Assembly (NCBI GenBank): GCA_037445065.1
Contig: JBBILD010000010.1
Location: 1-64,000 of the forward strand
Source of the DNA: Myxococcales bacterium
GTDB taxonomy: Bacteria > Desulfobacterota > Binatia > HRBIN30
Length of the DNA stretch: 64,000 bases
Direction of reading: 5' to 3'
Below, piece by piece: positions 22,139 to 32,399 of this stretch. The position numbers and the translations under genes were made by a program. Positions within the stretch are counted from its first letter, which is position 1. Every line of letters begins with the position of its first letter. The notes under the pieces were generated by a model. The model made no database searches. It was not told where the DNA came from and was given only the letters and a program-made list of their open reading frames with translations.

Positions 22139-23350
22139 CTAAGTACGCAGCGCCGCGACGAACGCTTCCAGGTCGCTCTCGTCGTTGTAAAAGTGCACCC
22201 CTAGGTGCAGGCAGCCCTCGCGATGGTTGACCGCTACGTGGTTCTGGTGCAGGCGATGCATCCATGCCTCCGCACTCAGGCCAGGCGGAGGCTTGAGGAG
22301 TAAGATTCCCGACCACTCATGCGGGCCACGCGGACTGACGACCGACCACCCCAAAGGATGGACGCGAGCAATCAGCTCCTCCGTCCACTCCTGAACGTGG
22401 GCAGCGATGGCCTCGACACCGACCTCGGACAGCAAGTCGAGTGAGGCGGCAAGCATTTCTAGCCCGATCCAGTTTCTCATGCCCTCCTCGAAACGCCGGG
22501 CTTCTGCAACGTACCGTTCGTCGTAAGGGGCTAAGGGATCCGAAGGGTCGTGGTCATCGGCCAAACTCCCGTTCCCCACGTGGTGAGGGTGGAGTGCAGC
22601 CAGCACCGACGGCGAGAAGGCAGCCACACCAATGCCTGGCGGTCCGAGAAGCCACTTTTGCGCCCCTGCACTCACCACATCTGCCCCCACCGCATGGAAG
22701 GAAAACGGTAGGACCCCGAGCCCTTGGATTGCATCGCACACCACCAGGCCACCGCGGGCGTGCACCTCCCGCACCAGTTGTGCAAGGTTGGCACGGAATC
22801 CAGAATGAAACTGCACCCAGCTCAACGCCAGAACTCGCGTTCGGCTCCCCCACGCGCGCAGGACATCCTCTACAACGAGCCGCCTAGCCTGCTCTTTGAC
22901 GAAGCGTACTTGCACTCCCTCGCAGCGCCGAGCGAGAAACGGAAGCACGACAGAAGGGTAGCTCCCCTGTACCGCGAGCACCTCGTCGCCCTCCTGCCAG
23001 GGAAAACAGTGTGCGAACCACAAGATTCCCTCGGTTGTGTTGCGGCAAAAAGCGATTTGCTCGGGCTGGGCACCCAAAAACCGAGCGACTTGTTGCCGCA
23101 AGTCGGCCACGCGTTGCCGCGCCTCGAAGATTTCATACACGATGCCGTCGCGGCTCAAGCGGCGCAAAAGCTTCGTGCCAGCGTTTACCGCACGTCTCGG
23201 GATCAAGCCGAACCCGTTGGTCGCCAGGTACACGTACCGCTCTAGCGCCGGGAACTCTCGCCGGAGTTCACGAATTTCCGCCGCGGAGAGCGGGCCCATT
23301 ACGCACCGCTCCAGGTGCTCGGGTTTCCTGCTCGAGCGCTCTCGGCTCAC
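22139..23350 (-). CDS. Class V PLP-dependent aminotransferase (cysteine desulfurase/kynureninase-like)
   Basis: RREFP, NTTEG, DAIQGLG, QKWLLGPPGIG, HFYN. Confidence 0.88.
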   Translation of the reverse strand: MSRERSSRKPEHLERCVMGPLSAAEIRELRREFPALERYVYLATNGFGLIPRRAVNAGTKLLRRLSRDGIVYEIFEARQRVADLRQQVARFLGAQPEQIAFCRNTTEGILWFAHCFPWQEGDEVLAVQGSYPSVVLPFLARRCEGVQVRFVKEQARRLVVEDVLRAWGSRTRVLALSWVQFHSGFRANLAQLVREVHARGGLVVCDAIQGLGVLPFSFHAVGADVVSAGAQKWLLGPPGIGVAAFSPSVLAALHPHHVGNGSLADDHDPSDPLAPYDERYVAEARRFEEGMRNWIGLEMLAASLDLLSEVGVEAIAAHVQEWTEELIARVHPLGWSVVSPRGPHEWSGILLLKPPPGLSAEAWMHRLHQNHVAVNHREGCLHLGVHFYNDESDLEAFVAALRT

Positions 23351-24099
23351 ACAGGCAGTGCAACCAGCCCACCGCCGTCAACCACCAAGGTTTCGCCCGT
23401 AATCCAACTGGCTGCGTCCGAAGCCAGGAACACGGCAGCGGCCGCTACATCCTGGGGCTCTCCCAAGCGCTTGAGGGGGTAGCGTTGCGCCACCAGTTCG
23501 CCACGTCCCTCCTCCCACAGCAAACGAGCAAAATCCGTCTTCACCAAGCCCGGCGCAATGGCATTCACCCGCACGCGCGGGCCGAGTTCTGCAGCCAGTT
23601 GGCGGGTCATGTGGATGAGTGCCGCCTTCGTCACGTTGTAAACGCCGAGCAGAGGACTGGTCTGCAGCCCACCGACGGAGGAAATGTTGAGGATCACACC
23701 TCCGTGGTCCTTCATCCAATATCGCCAAGCAAGCTGCGACCACACAAACGGCCCGCGCAAATTGACCTGCACGGTCTTGTCGAAGCGCGGCAGGTCGGCA
23801 TCGATCAGTGGGCCCGCGTACGGATTGGTGGCTGCATTGTTCACCAGGATGTCCAGCCGGCCAAAGCGCTCCAGGACTGCCCGCACGCAGTCCTCGGCCT
23901 GAGCCGGGTCCCCAGCGTGGGCTGCGGCGTACGCAACGCCGGGCCCGATTTCCTGAGCCGCGCGCACGAGATCGTCCGCTTTGCGCGAGGAAATCCACAC
24001 CTGTGCCCCGGCTTGGTAAAAGGCGCGCGCGATTGCCTTACCGATCCCGCGCGATCCACCGGTGACCAAGGCTACCTTCCCATCCAGTCTCAGTTCCAT
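23347..24099 (-). CDS. Short-chain dehydrogenase/reductase
   Basis: TGGSRGIG, NNAATNP, YNVTK. Confidence 0.93.
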   Translation of the reverse strand: MELRLDGKVALVTGGSRGIGKAIARAFYQAGAQVWISSRKADDLVRAAQEIGPGVAYAAAHAGDPAQAEDCVRAVLERFGRLDILVNNAATNPYAGPLIDADLPRFDKTVQVNLRGPFVWSQLAWRYWMKDHGGVILNISSVGGLQTSPLLGVYNVTKAALIHMTRQLAAELGPRVRVNAIAPGLVKTDFARLLWEEGRGELVAQRYPLKRLGEPQDVAAAAVFLASDAASWITGETLVVDGGGLVALPV

Positions 24100-24110
24100 C
24101 GCAGACTCCT

Positions 24111-25826
24111 TCAATCGATCTCGCCCCGCTCCTTCAGGCGCTGCCAGGTGTCTTTGAGCGTAACGGTGCGATTCAGCACAAGCCGCGGCCCAGTGGCACT
24201 GTCGGGGTCCACGCAAAAGTAACCCAGCCGCTCGAGCTGCAGGCGGGTGCCCACAGGAGCTGCCGCTAAGCTCGGCTCCAGCCATGCGCCCTCAATGACC
24301 TCCAGCGAGTTTGGGTTCAGAGCACTCCTCCAGTCCTCCCCTTCGCGCTCCAGGTTAGGATTTTCGACGCGAAACAGCCGGTCGTACAGCCGCACCTCAG
24401 CAGGCACGGCATGCGGAGCCGAGACCCAATGCAGGGTCGCTTTGACTTTGCGACCGTCCGGTGTGTCTCCGCCACGCGTCGCGGGGTCGTAGCGGCAGCG
24501 CACTTCCTGAATTCGGCCGGCGCTGTCCTTCACCACGCCGGTGCAGGTGACCAGGTACGCATAACGCAAGCGGACTTCGCGGCCCGGTGCGAGACGGTAA
24601 AATTTCTTGGGCGGGTGTTCGAGAAAGTCCTCGCTTTCGATCCACAGTTCGCGTGAAAAGGGGACCTTGCGCGTGCCCGCGGACGGGTCTTCGGGGTTGT
24701 TGATAGCGTCCAACTCCTCGACCATCCCTTCCGGGTAGTTCTCGATCACCAGTTTGAGGGGCCGCAGTACACCCATGAAACGCGGCGCCGTCTTGTTGAG
24801 TGCGTCCCGGATGCAGTGCTCGAGCAGCGCCACGTCTACCACCGAGTCACGCTTGGCCACCCCGATCCGCCGGCAGAAATCACGGATCGCCTCGGGGGGA
24901 ACCCCTCGCCGCCTGAGCCCTGCCAGTGTCGGTAGGCGCGGATCGTCCCAGCCGTTCACGTAGCCGCCCTCCACCAACTCGATCAGCTTGCGCTTGCTCA
25001 GCACGGTGTAGCTTAAATTCAAGCGGGCAAATTCGATCTGTCGCGGATGGCAGGGGGTTTCGAGGGTATCCAAAAACCAATCGTACAACGGCCGGTGGTC
25101 CTCGAACTCGAGCGTGCACAGGGAGTGCGTGATCCCTTCGATCATGTCCGACAACGAGTGCGCGAAGTCGTACATCGGATAAATGCACCACTGGGTGCCG
25201 GTGCGAAAATGTGGAACCTTCTTAATGCGATAGATCACCGGGTCGCGCAGATTCAGATTGGGCGAAGCCATGTCGATCTTGGCCCGCAAGACACACTCCC
25301 CTTCCTCGAATTTGCCCGCACGCATGTCTGCAAACAGGCGGAGGTTTTCTTCAACCGAGCGATTCCGGTAGGGGCTATCGCGCCCCGGCTCGGTCAGCGT
25401 GCCCCGGTACTGTCGAATTTCCTCCGTACTGAGATGGCATACGTACGCCTTCCCCAGGCGGATGAGATCCACGGCGTACTCATACAAGCGCTCGAAGTAA
25501 TCCGAGGCGAAAAACAGTTTGTCGCCCCAGTCGAACCCGAGCCAACGGACGTCGCTTAGGATGGCATCCACATACTCCTTGTCTTCCTTCTCCGGGTTCG
25601 TGTCGTCGAAGCGCATGTGGCAAACGCCACCGAACTCCTGTGCCACGCCGAAATTGAGGCAAATGGATTTTGCGTGGCCGATGTGCAGATAGCCGTTCGG
25701 TTCGGGTGGAAAGCGGGTGACGACGCGGCCGCCGTTTTTCCCTTGCTGCACATCCTGCGCGATGATCTCCCGTATGAAATCTGTCGCCAGTGGCTCCTCG
25801 CTCTTGCGCCGTTCTTCCGAACTCAT
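24111..25826 (-). CDS. glnS: Glutaminyl-tRNA synthetase
   Basis: [45 protein letters not shown]. Confidence 0.97.
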   Translation of the reverse strand: MSSEERRKSEEPLATDFIREIIAQDVQQGKNGGRVVTRFPPEPNGYLHIGHAKSICLNFGVAQEFGGVCHMRFDDTNPEKEDKEYVDAILSDVRWLGFDWGDKLFFASDYFERLYEYAVDLIRLGKAYVCHLSTEEIRQYRGTLTEPGRDSPYRNRSVEENLRLFADMRAGKFEEGECVLRAKIDMASPNLNLRDPVIYRIKKVPHFRTGTQWCIYPMYDFAHSLSDMIEGITHSLCTLEFEDHRPLYDWFLDTLETPCHPRQIEFARLNLSYTVLSKRKLIELVEGGYVNGWDDPRLPTLAGLRRRGVPPEAIRDFCRRIGVAKRDSVVDVALLEHCIRDALNKTAPRFMGVLRPLKLVIENYPEGMVEELDAINNPEDPSAGTRKVPFSRELWIESEDFLEHPPKKFYRLAPGREVRLRYAYLVTCTGVVKDSAGRIQEVRCRYDPATRGGDTPDGRKVKATLHWVSAPHAVPAEVRLYDRLFRVENPNLEREGEDWRSALNPNSLEVIEGAWLEPSLAAAPVGTRLQLERLGYFCVDPDSATGPRLVLNRTVTLKDTWQRLKERGEID

Positions 25827-25914
25827 GGCTTCCTGCTTCTAGGGAGCTTGTCCCCCTCGTTCAACGCTACTCCGCTTGCGCGAGCCGGTGGCAGGCGTGG
25901 TATACGGCTCCGCC

Positions 25915-26688
25915 ATGGCATTGGTAGATGTTACGGATCACGCCGGCGGAGTGCGTGTGCTTGCCCTCAATCGGCCGCCCGCGCAGGCGATCGAAGAGAG
26001 CCTACTCGGTGCATTGCAGGACACCCTGCGCGATGCTGCGCAAAACCCAGCCGTGCGCGCTGTGGTGCTTACCGGGACGGGGCCGTTCTTCAGTGCTGGC
26101 TTCGATTTTCGAGCGCCGCGCCGCAGCGAATCCGAGGCTCGCTCGTTTTACGAGCTGTACAGGGACGTTCATCTAGACCTTCTCTCGCTGCCCAAACCGA
26201 CCGTGGCTCTCATCAATGGCCACGCGATTGCCGGCGGGCTCATTTTGGCCCTGGCCTGCGACTACCGTTTGGCCGTGGAGGGCGACTATCGGATCGGTCT
26301 CAACGAAGTGGCTGTAGGGGCAGCGTACCACCGCGCTGCGGCCGAAATCGTGCGGCTGCGCCTGTCCCACGCACGGGCAAGCGAGCTCATGCTGGGAGCG
26401 GCCTTGTACCCAGCCAGTCAAGCGATTCGGCTCGGGATCGCTGACGAGCTACTGCCTCCAGCAACCTGCGAAGAGACGGTGCTGCGCCGGGCAGCTCGCC
26501 TAGGAAGCTTCCCAGCCTCGGCCTACGCGCACACGAAGCGTTTCTTGATCGCTCCCGCCGTGCAAGCCATTCGCGCCGAAGGCAAGGAAGAAGCGGAGCA
26601 GACGCGCGCGGTGTGGAGCAGTCCAGAGGGACGAGAGGCGCGCCACCGCCAGCGAGAAAAGCTGCTTGGCCCCCAGACAAAGGGTTGA
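25915..26688 (+). CDS. Enoyl-CoA hydratase/isomerase family protein
   Basis: FSAGFD, NGHAIAGG, GLNEV. Confidence 0.9.
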   Translation: MALVDVTDHAGGVRVLALNRPPAQAIEESLLGALQDTLRDAAQNPAVRAVVLTGTGPFFSAGFDFRAPRRSESEARSFYELYRDVHLDLLSLPKPTVALINGHAIAGGLILALACDYRLAVEGDYRIGLNEVAVGAAYHRAAAEIVRLRLSHARASELMLGAALYPASQAIRLGIADELLPPATCEETVLRRAARLGSFPASAYAHTKRFLIAPAVQAIRAEGKEEAEQTRAVWSSPEGREARHRQREKLLGPQTKG

Positions 26689-26694
26689 GTACGC

Positions 26695-28794
26695 CTACGG
26701 CTCCGCCACGACAACGCTGTGCCGCACCGGCAGGTTTTCGAGCACTTGAACGGTGCCACTCGCCGGCCAGCGCACCTCGAGGCGCGCGACGCTCTCCTCC
26801 TGCGAGTCCAGCCCGAAGTGGCAGACAGCCTCGTCTTGGCCGAGAAAATTATTGCCGAGTTGGACCTCACGTACCTGTGGGGTCGCTTCTCTCGCAGGCC
26901 ACATCCGCACGCGTGCGTTGGCGCCTTGCGAGTTCGAGCGTCCCCCTCGCAATTGCACCCGCAACCACGGCCTCTCGTTCCCGCCTTCGTTGCGGTACAG
27001 TGCGGGCTCGTCCGAGTTGTTCATGATCCAGACGTCGAGGTCACCATCCTCGTCGTAATCAAACACCAGAAGCCCGCGGCCGTTGCGCCGGTCGGCAATC
27101 CCGAGCGCGGGCGCCTCGTCCACGAAGTGATCTCCCTGTCGCACCCATAGTTTCAACGGGTCGGTTTCGAACTCGTCGTCCAACTGGCCCAAACCGACCA
27201 GATCGAGATACGGCAAGCGCTGGCCGTTGGTTGCAATCAGGTCGAGAGCACCGTCGTTGTTGAAGTCGGCAAAGGTCGCTGCCCAACCCCAACCAGCGTC
27301 GCGCACACCCCAGAGGTCAGTCACATCGGCGAACCGCCTTCCTCCCAAATTGCGGTACAAGCGATTCCCCGAGCGACCCCAGTTACAACGGCGGCGACTC
27401 TCGCAAGCGTCGCCGTTTTCCCAAATGGCCGTAACGAACCAATCGAGGAGACCATCTCCGTCGAAGTCACCGATTGCCGAGCCCATCCCGTTCTCGTCGG
27501 TACCCACACCGGCGGCCATCGTGCCGTCCGTAAACGTGCCGTCGCGGTTGTTCCAAAACAGACGGCTGGTGCCAAAATCGGAGGCCACCGCTAGATCGGC
27601 CCATCCGTCTTCGTCCAGGTCCACGAAGCGCGAAGCAAATGCCACCCCGCAGCCGTACTCCACGCAATCGGGATGGATCGCATCCATGTCTACTCCCGCC
27701 TGCTGGGTTACATCCTCGAAGTACCCGGGCTGTTGCGCGCCGCGGTTGCGCAAGAGGCGGGTGTGCGAAGGCGCGCGCTCGCGATTGAACACGATCGGCT
27801 TCCATTCGGTCACGTGTACATCCAGGTACCCGTCGCGATCGTAGTCCCCAAAAGAGGCGCTGAAACCCAGATGGCTAAATTCGCTTTCCACCGCTGCACC
27901 GCGCTCTCGACCTTCTTCCGTGAAGTGTCCGGTTCCGTCGTTGACGAACAGCAGGAAGCGGCGGCTTTCGAGCCCGAGGGTGGTGACGTAGAGATCCACG
28001 TCCCCATCGTTGTCAATGTCTCCCCAGGCCACCCCGTTCGGGTGCAGGCCTTGCACTTCGATGCCGGCCTGTGCGGACACTTCCTCGAACGTTCCATCTC
28101 CCCGGTTACGAAACAACAGGACTGCCGGAGGAGAATAACGAGTGGCCGCCAGGTCAATCCGCCCGTCGCCATCAAAATCACCGGCGGCCGCTCCACCCGC
28201 GTAGTAGATCCACTCGTGGAAACTGGGGATGGGCGGGATCTGGTTGTGCAGGAAGCGAAGGCCCGCCTCCTCGGTGACCTCCCGAAAATGCCAGCGAGCC
28301 ACCGTGTGCGTGGGCAAAGGAGCACTCGTCCCCGTGGGCAATGGAGTGGGCGTCTGCGAGGGGCGCGGCCTGACCGTAGGCGTTGCCTTCGCGGCCTTCG
28401 TTGGCTCCAAGGTGCGCGTAGCCGTGGGCGATGCCTGTTCGCTTGGAGAGGGCGTCGGGGAGGCACCCACGACGATCGGCGACTCCTGTGGTGACGGCGC
28501 TGGACAACCGTTCAAGGCTGCGGTCACGCCTGCGATGACTTCGTCCACGGTCACAAGCCCGTTTTGGTCCCGGTCGGCGGCGACGCACGTCGCCAACTCT
28601 TCTTGCTCGAGCGCAATACGAACCGCTCGCACCAGTTCGTCCACCGTCACGTCTCGATCGCCGTTACAGTCACCCGCACACCCGTTCTCGAAGCTCGCTG
28701 TAGCCCGCCCCATCCAGACGAGCAGGCTCACGCCGGCGGCCAACCACCCCAGTGCGAGTCTCGGGGCATTCCCCCATGCCATCGGGCGGGCCAT
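26695..28794 (-). CDS. CRTAC1/ASPIC-UnbV family FG-GAP repeat protein with N-terminal dockerin-like domain and PT linker
   Basis: Repeated GDxDxDGxxD motifs; ENGMG; C-terminal FLGQ...HFGL...VRWP ASPIC/UnbV domain. Confidence 0.9.
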   Translation of the reverse strand: MARPMAWGNAPRLALGWLAAGVSLLVWMGRATASFENGCAGDCNGDRDVTVDELVRAVRIALEQEELATCVAADRDQNGLVTVDEVIAGVTAALNGCPAPSPQESPIVVGASPTPSPSEQASPTATRTLEPTKAAKATPTVRPRPSQTPTPLPTGTSAPLPTHTVARWHFREVTEEAGLRFLHNQIPPIPSFHEWIYYAGGAAAGDFDGDGRIDLAATRYSPPAVLLFRNRGDGTFEEVSAQAGIEVQGLHPNGVAWGDIDNDGDVDLYVTTLGLESRRFLLFVNDGTGHFTEEGRERGAAVESEFSHLGFSASFGDYDRDGYLDVHVTEWKPIVFNRERAPSHTRLLRNRGAQQPGYFEDVTQQAGVDMDAIHPDCVEYGCGVAFASRFVDLDEDGWADLAVASDFGTSRLFWNNRDGTFTDGTMAAGVGTDENGMGSAIGDFDGDGLLDWFVTAIWENGDACESRRRCNWGRSGNRLYRNLGGRRFADVTDLWGVRDAGWGWAATFADFNNDGALDLIATNGQRLPYLDLVGLGQLDDEFETDPLKLWVRQGDHFVDEAPALGIADRRNGRGLLVFDYDEDGDLDVWIMNNSDEPALYRNEGGNERPWLRVQLRGGRSNSQGANARVRMWPAREATPQVREVQLGNNFLGQDEAVCHFGLDSQEESVARLEVRWPASGTVQVLENLPVRHSVVVAEP

Positions 28795-28953
28795 CTGTTT
28801 CCCGCTGTTGTCTTACGCCCGCATGTCCATACTTGTCTAGACAGAAAGTTCCCCCCAACGGGCACTTGGACCCTGTCAACCTACAGCCCGAGGTCTACAG
28901 GAAACGCGATAGGAAGGGCCTTCGGTCTTGCGCCCGGCTCCGGCGACATCTGC

Positions 28954-30492
28954 TCACCCAGGCGGGAACACCTCGATCCGAACGAGCCCACCATTTGCTT
29001 GAGAGCGGACCACGAGCACCTCCCGATCGGCATCCCAAGACGCGGCGCAAGCCTCCTCACAACCGCGCACCACAAAACCCTGTGGATACAACCGGCGCGC
29101 AGGCACGAAGATCTCCGACTCCGAGCCTCCGTTGTGTGCAACGTATTCCACGGTGAAACGCCGCAAAGGGCGATCGAACGCCACACGCAACAACGTCCCC
29201 GCCACAGCACGCGGGTAGGGGCGTATCAGCGCATGCACCAGCGGTGTCTCCTCGCCGCCAGGTGTATGAACCGGTCCCCACGAGCCAGGGTCGTAGGACC
29301 AATAAAACCAGCTCGCCAGAAGCCGATCTGCCACGTCGAAGAATTGGGACAAGTAACCAATCGGATTTCCCCCCGCCGTCCATGGTAGCCCCACTTCCCC
29401 CACCACAACCGGGTGTCCGAAGCGGGCGCTGTCGTTCTGCCGCTCCTGCTCCCAAGTCCGCATCTCCCCCGCAGTGGTCGGATCGTAAATCTGGTTCACC
29501 TCGGGAAGGATGGCGTAAAAGTGCGGAGCGTACGCCAGCCGTGTTTCCCCGGCACGCGGGTCCGCGAGTCGGCCCAAAAACACAGGGCCGCCGTTGTTTG
29601 CCGGAAAGGCGAGCGGCTCGTACAGAATCCATGTGTCAGCATCCACGGCGCGGACGGCGTCAATCAGCCGCTGGTAGAAGCGGGTCAGTTGGGTCTCCTC
29701 GAATTGTCGCGACTTCACTGGGTCACCGATTTGCAACGGACCAACCGTTCCCGCGGCGTTGCTTCCGGCAAAGGGCTCGTTGATGAGGTCGTAACCGATC
29801 ACCGCCGGATGGCCAGCAAAGCGGCGCGCCACAAACTGCCATGCTTGCCGGTAGTGTTCCTGCAAATCTGCATGCGGCCCATCTTCCGACCAAAAGCGGT
29901 CGAACGCGCGGCGCACCGCAGGCTGGAAATAGGCGAGGGCCCACGGCTCGACCAGCGAGTGCGGCAGCCCGTCGGTGCGTGCAGCCCAAGCCGGCGCACC
30001 ATCGAAGCCCAGACGTTTCCCATCCGCGCTGAACTTCCCGTATACGTCTTGGTGCATGTCCAACACGACCCACAAACCCGCCGCCGCGCACCAGTCGAGA
30101 CGCTCAGCCACGCGCTCCAAGTACTCCTCGTCGAACACGCCGGGTTGGGGTTCGATCGCCTCCCAGAAAATCAACCACCGTACCGCGTTGAGTCCCCAAT
30201 CGCGCCGCATCCGCTCGAGGTCCGCAGGTGCGACCCAAGGGACCGCGAGCGGATCGTCTTTTGCGGAGCTACTCACGTTCAACCCGTGCAGGATCAGACT
30301 GCGCCCGGAAGCATCCTGCAACGTGGGCCCGCCGGCTACCGGTGGGAAATGCGGGAGCGGTTCTCCGTCATGACCGCAGCCCGCGGCGGCAAGCAGCACG
30401 CACACGAGCAGCGCCCTCCGCACCGCGCTCGCCCGCCTGGCCCATTTCAGACAGCGCCGCAGCAGACCATCACTGGGCGGGAATGGCCTCAT
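28954..30492 (-). CDS. GH5 endoglycoceramidase-like lipoprotein
   Basis: Lipobox AAGC; LHGLNV, WEAIEP.PG, LDMHQD, YDLINEP (acid/base), VVGEVG (nucleophile), RPYPRAVAG. Confidence 0.88.
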   Translation of the reverse strand: MRPFPPSDGLLRRCLKWARRASAVRRALLVCVLLAAAGCGHDGEPLPHFPPVAGGPTLQDASGRSLILHGLNVSSSAKDDPLAVPWVAPADLERMRRDWGLNAVRWLIFWEAIEPQPGVFDEEYLERVAERLDWCAAAGLWVVLDMHQDVYGKFSADGKRLGFDGAPAWAARTDGLPHSLVEPWALAYFQPAVRRAFDRFWSEDGPHADLQEHYRQAWQFVARRFAGHPAVIGYDLINEPFAGSNAAGTVGPLQIGDPVKSRQFEETQLTRFYQRLIDAVRAVDADTWILYEPLAFPANNGGPVFLGRLADPRAGETRLAYAPHFYAILPEVNQIYDPTTAGEMRTWEQERQNDSARFGHPVVVGEVGLPWTAGGNPIGYLSQFFDVADRLLASWFYWSYDPGSWGPVHTPGGEETPLVHALIRPYPRAVAGTLLRVAFDRPLRRFTVEYVAHNGGSESEIFVPARRLYPQGFVVRGCEEACAASWDADREVLVVRSQANGGLVRIEVFPPG

Positions 30493-30928
30493 AAATCCAC
30501 GCACCAAACGGGGCAGGCTGCGCGCCAGGCCGTTTGCGGATGTAGTAGTAGTCTATTTCTGCCTGCAGGTGCGACTTGAGATCCTCGCGCGAGCGGCGCG
30601 GAATTCCCGAAGGCCGATCGCGCAGCATGTCGCGAAAGTACGACGTGTACAAGTACGCCGCCCACCAGGGAGGAATTTCACCGGTAGCCGCCCGCTCGGA
30701 GATCAGCAGGTAATAGTCGTACAGTTCGCCCTCGAGTGGCGCAGGCGCTGGCTCCAAAAGCAACACGTCGTGGACATGCTGGATGGTCACATGAGCGAGT
30801 GACGGGGTCGGTGCGGCCGGGGTCGGTGTGCTTTCCGTACCTCTCACAGAGCCTGCACAAGAAAACACCGCCAAGAACCACAGCAAGGTTGCGCCCCAGC
30901 GCCTCGTGTCACGGCCCGCGTTCGTCAC
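30470..30928 (-). CDS. Hypothetical secreted protein
   Basis: Signal peptide, short PT linker and aromatic-rich small domain; overlaps the start of the GH5 gene. Confidence 0.6.
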   Translation of the reverse strand: MTNAGRDTRRWGATLLWFLAVFSCAGSVRGTESTPTPAAPTPSLAHVTIQHVHDVLLLEPAPAPLEGELYDYYLLISERAATGEIPPWWAAYLYTSYFRDMLRDRPSGIPRRSREDLKSHLQAEIDYYYIRKRPGAQPAPFGAWIYEAIPAQ

Positions 30929-31135
30929 AAGTCGTTCACATCAGGCCCGGCCCCTTGGGTCAAGCCCCGCCGGCCATCCACTGAGATGCCGTACGGTTGC
31001 CGCAGCGGGTAAACCACTCGCGCTGGCACGAAGAAGCCACCCTGTGGCCGCTCGGATCGCCTCCAACAAGGCGAAGCTCCCGGAGCGCGCCAGCTGGCAA
31101 ACCCCGGGAGCTTCGCTGCGTTTCGCGTTGCTGTT

Positions 31136-32302
31136 TCAGTGCCCGCTGTCGAGTTTGTAAAGCGCGGCAGCGTTACCGGCACAAATCGCGTGGCGCTCCT
31201 CTTCCGGAACGCCGGAAAACATCTCATTGGCGATTTTCCGCGAGTATGGCCAATCGCAGATGTGGTGCGGGTAATCCGTGGACCACATCATGTTTTTGAT
31301 CCCCACCGCGTGCCGGTTGCGGATGCCGTAAAAGTCCTGCACAAATGTCACCAGCCAGTTGCGGCGGAAGTACTCGCTGGGCAGCATCTGGAGTTCGACC
31401 TTGGCCCACGCACGGTTGCGGAAGTAGCGATCGTCCATTTGCTCGAGGAAAAAGGGAACCCAACCCGCGCCCGCCTCCACGGAGATGAACTTGAGGCGGG
31501 GAAAACGGTCGAAAATTCCCGAAAAAATCGTCTCGGCAATGATGATGGGCATGGTGTCGAGTCCGGCAGTGGAGTAGCCGACGATCGTCTTTGCCCCGGT
31601 GCTCAACATGCCCTGCCCTTCCATCATCCCCGTGCTCGTCTGCGGCTTGCCGCTTTGCTTCGAAGCTACGCCCAGGTGGATGCTCACTGGCATGTCGAGG
31701 CGTTCCGCCTCTTCCCAAAACGCGTTGTCGTCCACCGTGAGCGAGGGTTGCCCGCTCGGCCAGCTCGACAAGATCACGCCCCTCATGCCCATTTGCTTGG
31801 CCCGCCGCATTTCGGCAATCATTTCCTCCACGCCCAGGTTCGGCATTTGCGCCAGACCAATGAGGCGCGTTGGGTCAGCCGCCATGAATTCTTTGGCCAT
31901 CCAGTTATTGTACGCTTGGATTCCGGCTTTGTGGAACTCGGGGTCGTCGTCGAGCATGAAGTGGCGCATGGTGCGCTGGGAAGGATACAGCACCTCTGCG
32001 TCCACACCATCAATGTCTTGTTCCTTGATTCGTTCCGAACCGATGAACGCTCCTTGGTTCACCTTGTCGTAACGCGCGCCCGTCCACTTGAACTGCTCGT
32101 AGGTGCGACCCGGGTAGGTGGTGACCAAGCCCAGCGGGACTGGCGGAGTACCCGGACGGTACTGCCAGGCATCCCCTCCTTCTGCATCCTTGACCAGCTT
32201 CGGCGCCTTGGGCAAAAACTCGCGCGGGAGCCACTTCTCCCACAAGTTAGGCGGTTCCACGATGTGCGAGTCGGCCGAAATCAACGAGTACTGCTTCTTC
32301 AT
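31136..32302 (-). CDS. Amidohydrolase_2 family protein
   Basis: ISADSHIVEP, SIH, VEAGAGW, WSTDYPH. Confidence 0.92.
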   Translation of the reverse strand: MKKQYSLISADSHIVEPPNLWEKWLPREFLPKAPKLVKDAEGGDAWQYRPGTPPVPLGLVTTYPGRTYEQFKWTGARYDKVNQGAFIGSERIKEQDIDGVDAEVLYPSQRTMRHFMLDDDPEFHKAGIQAYNNWMAKEFMAADPTRLIGLAQMPNLGVEEMIAEMRRAKQMGMRGVILSSWPSGQPSLTVDDNAFWEEAERLDMPVSIHLGVASKQSGKPQTSTGMMEGQGMLSTGAKTIVGYSTAGLDTMPIIIAETIFSGIFDRFPRLKFISVEAGAGWVPFFLEQMDDRYFRNRAWAKVELQMLPSEYFRRNWLVTFVQDFYGIRNRHAVGIKNMMWSTDYPHHICDWPYSRKIANEMFSGVPEEERHAICAGNAAALYKLDSGH

Positions 32303-32383
32303 GCCTTTCCTCCTCTGCCCGCCGGAGCGGGGCTCGATTGAGATTTGTGTTCCTGTCTCTTAGGAGGCGCGAAGCACTGCTTC

Positions 32384-32399
32384 CGTGACCCATGTCACA
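32384..32399. promoter_or_regulatory. CRP-type operator CGTGA-N6-TCACA
   Basis: cgtga cccatg tcaca matches 9/10 of the TGTGA-N6-TCACA consensus; lies between divergent genes and overlaps the regulator ATG. Confidence 0.6.
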
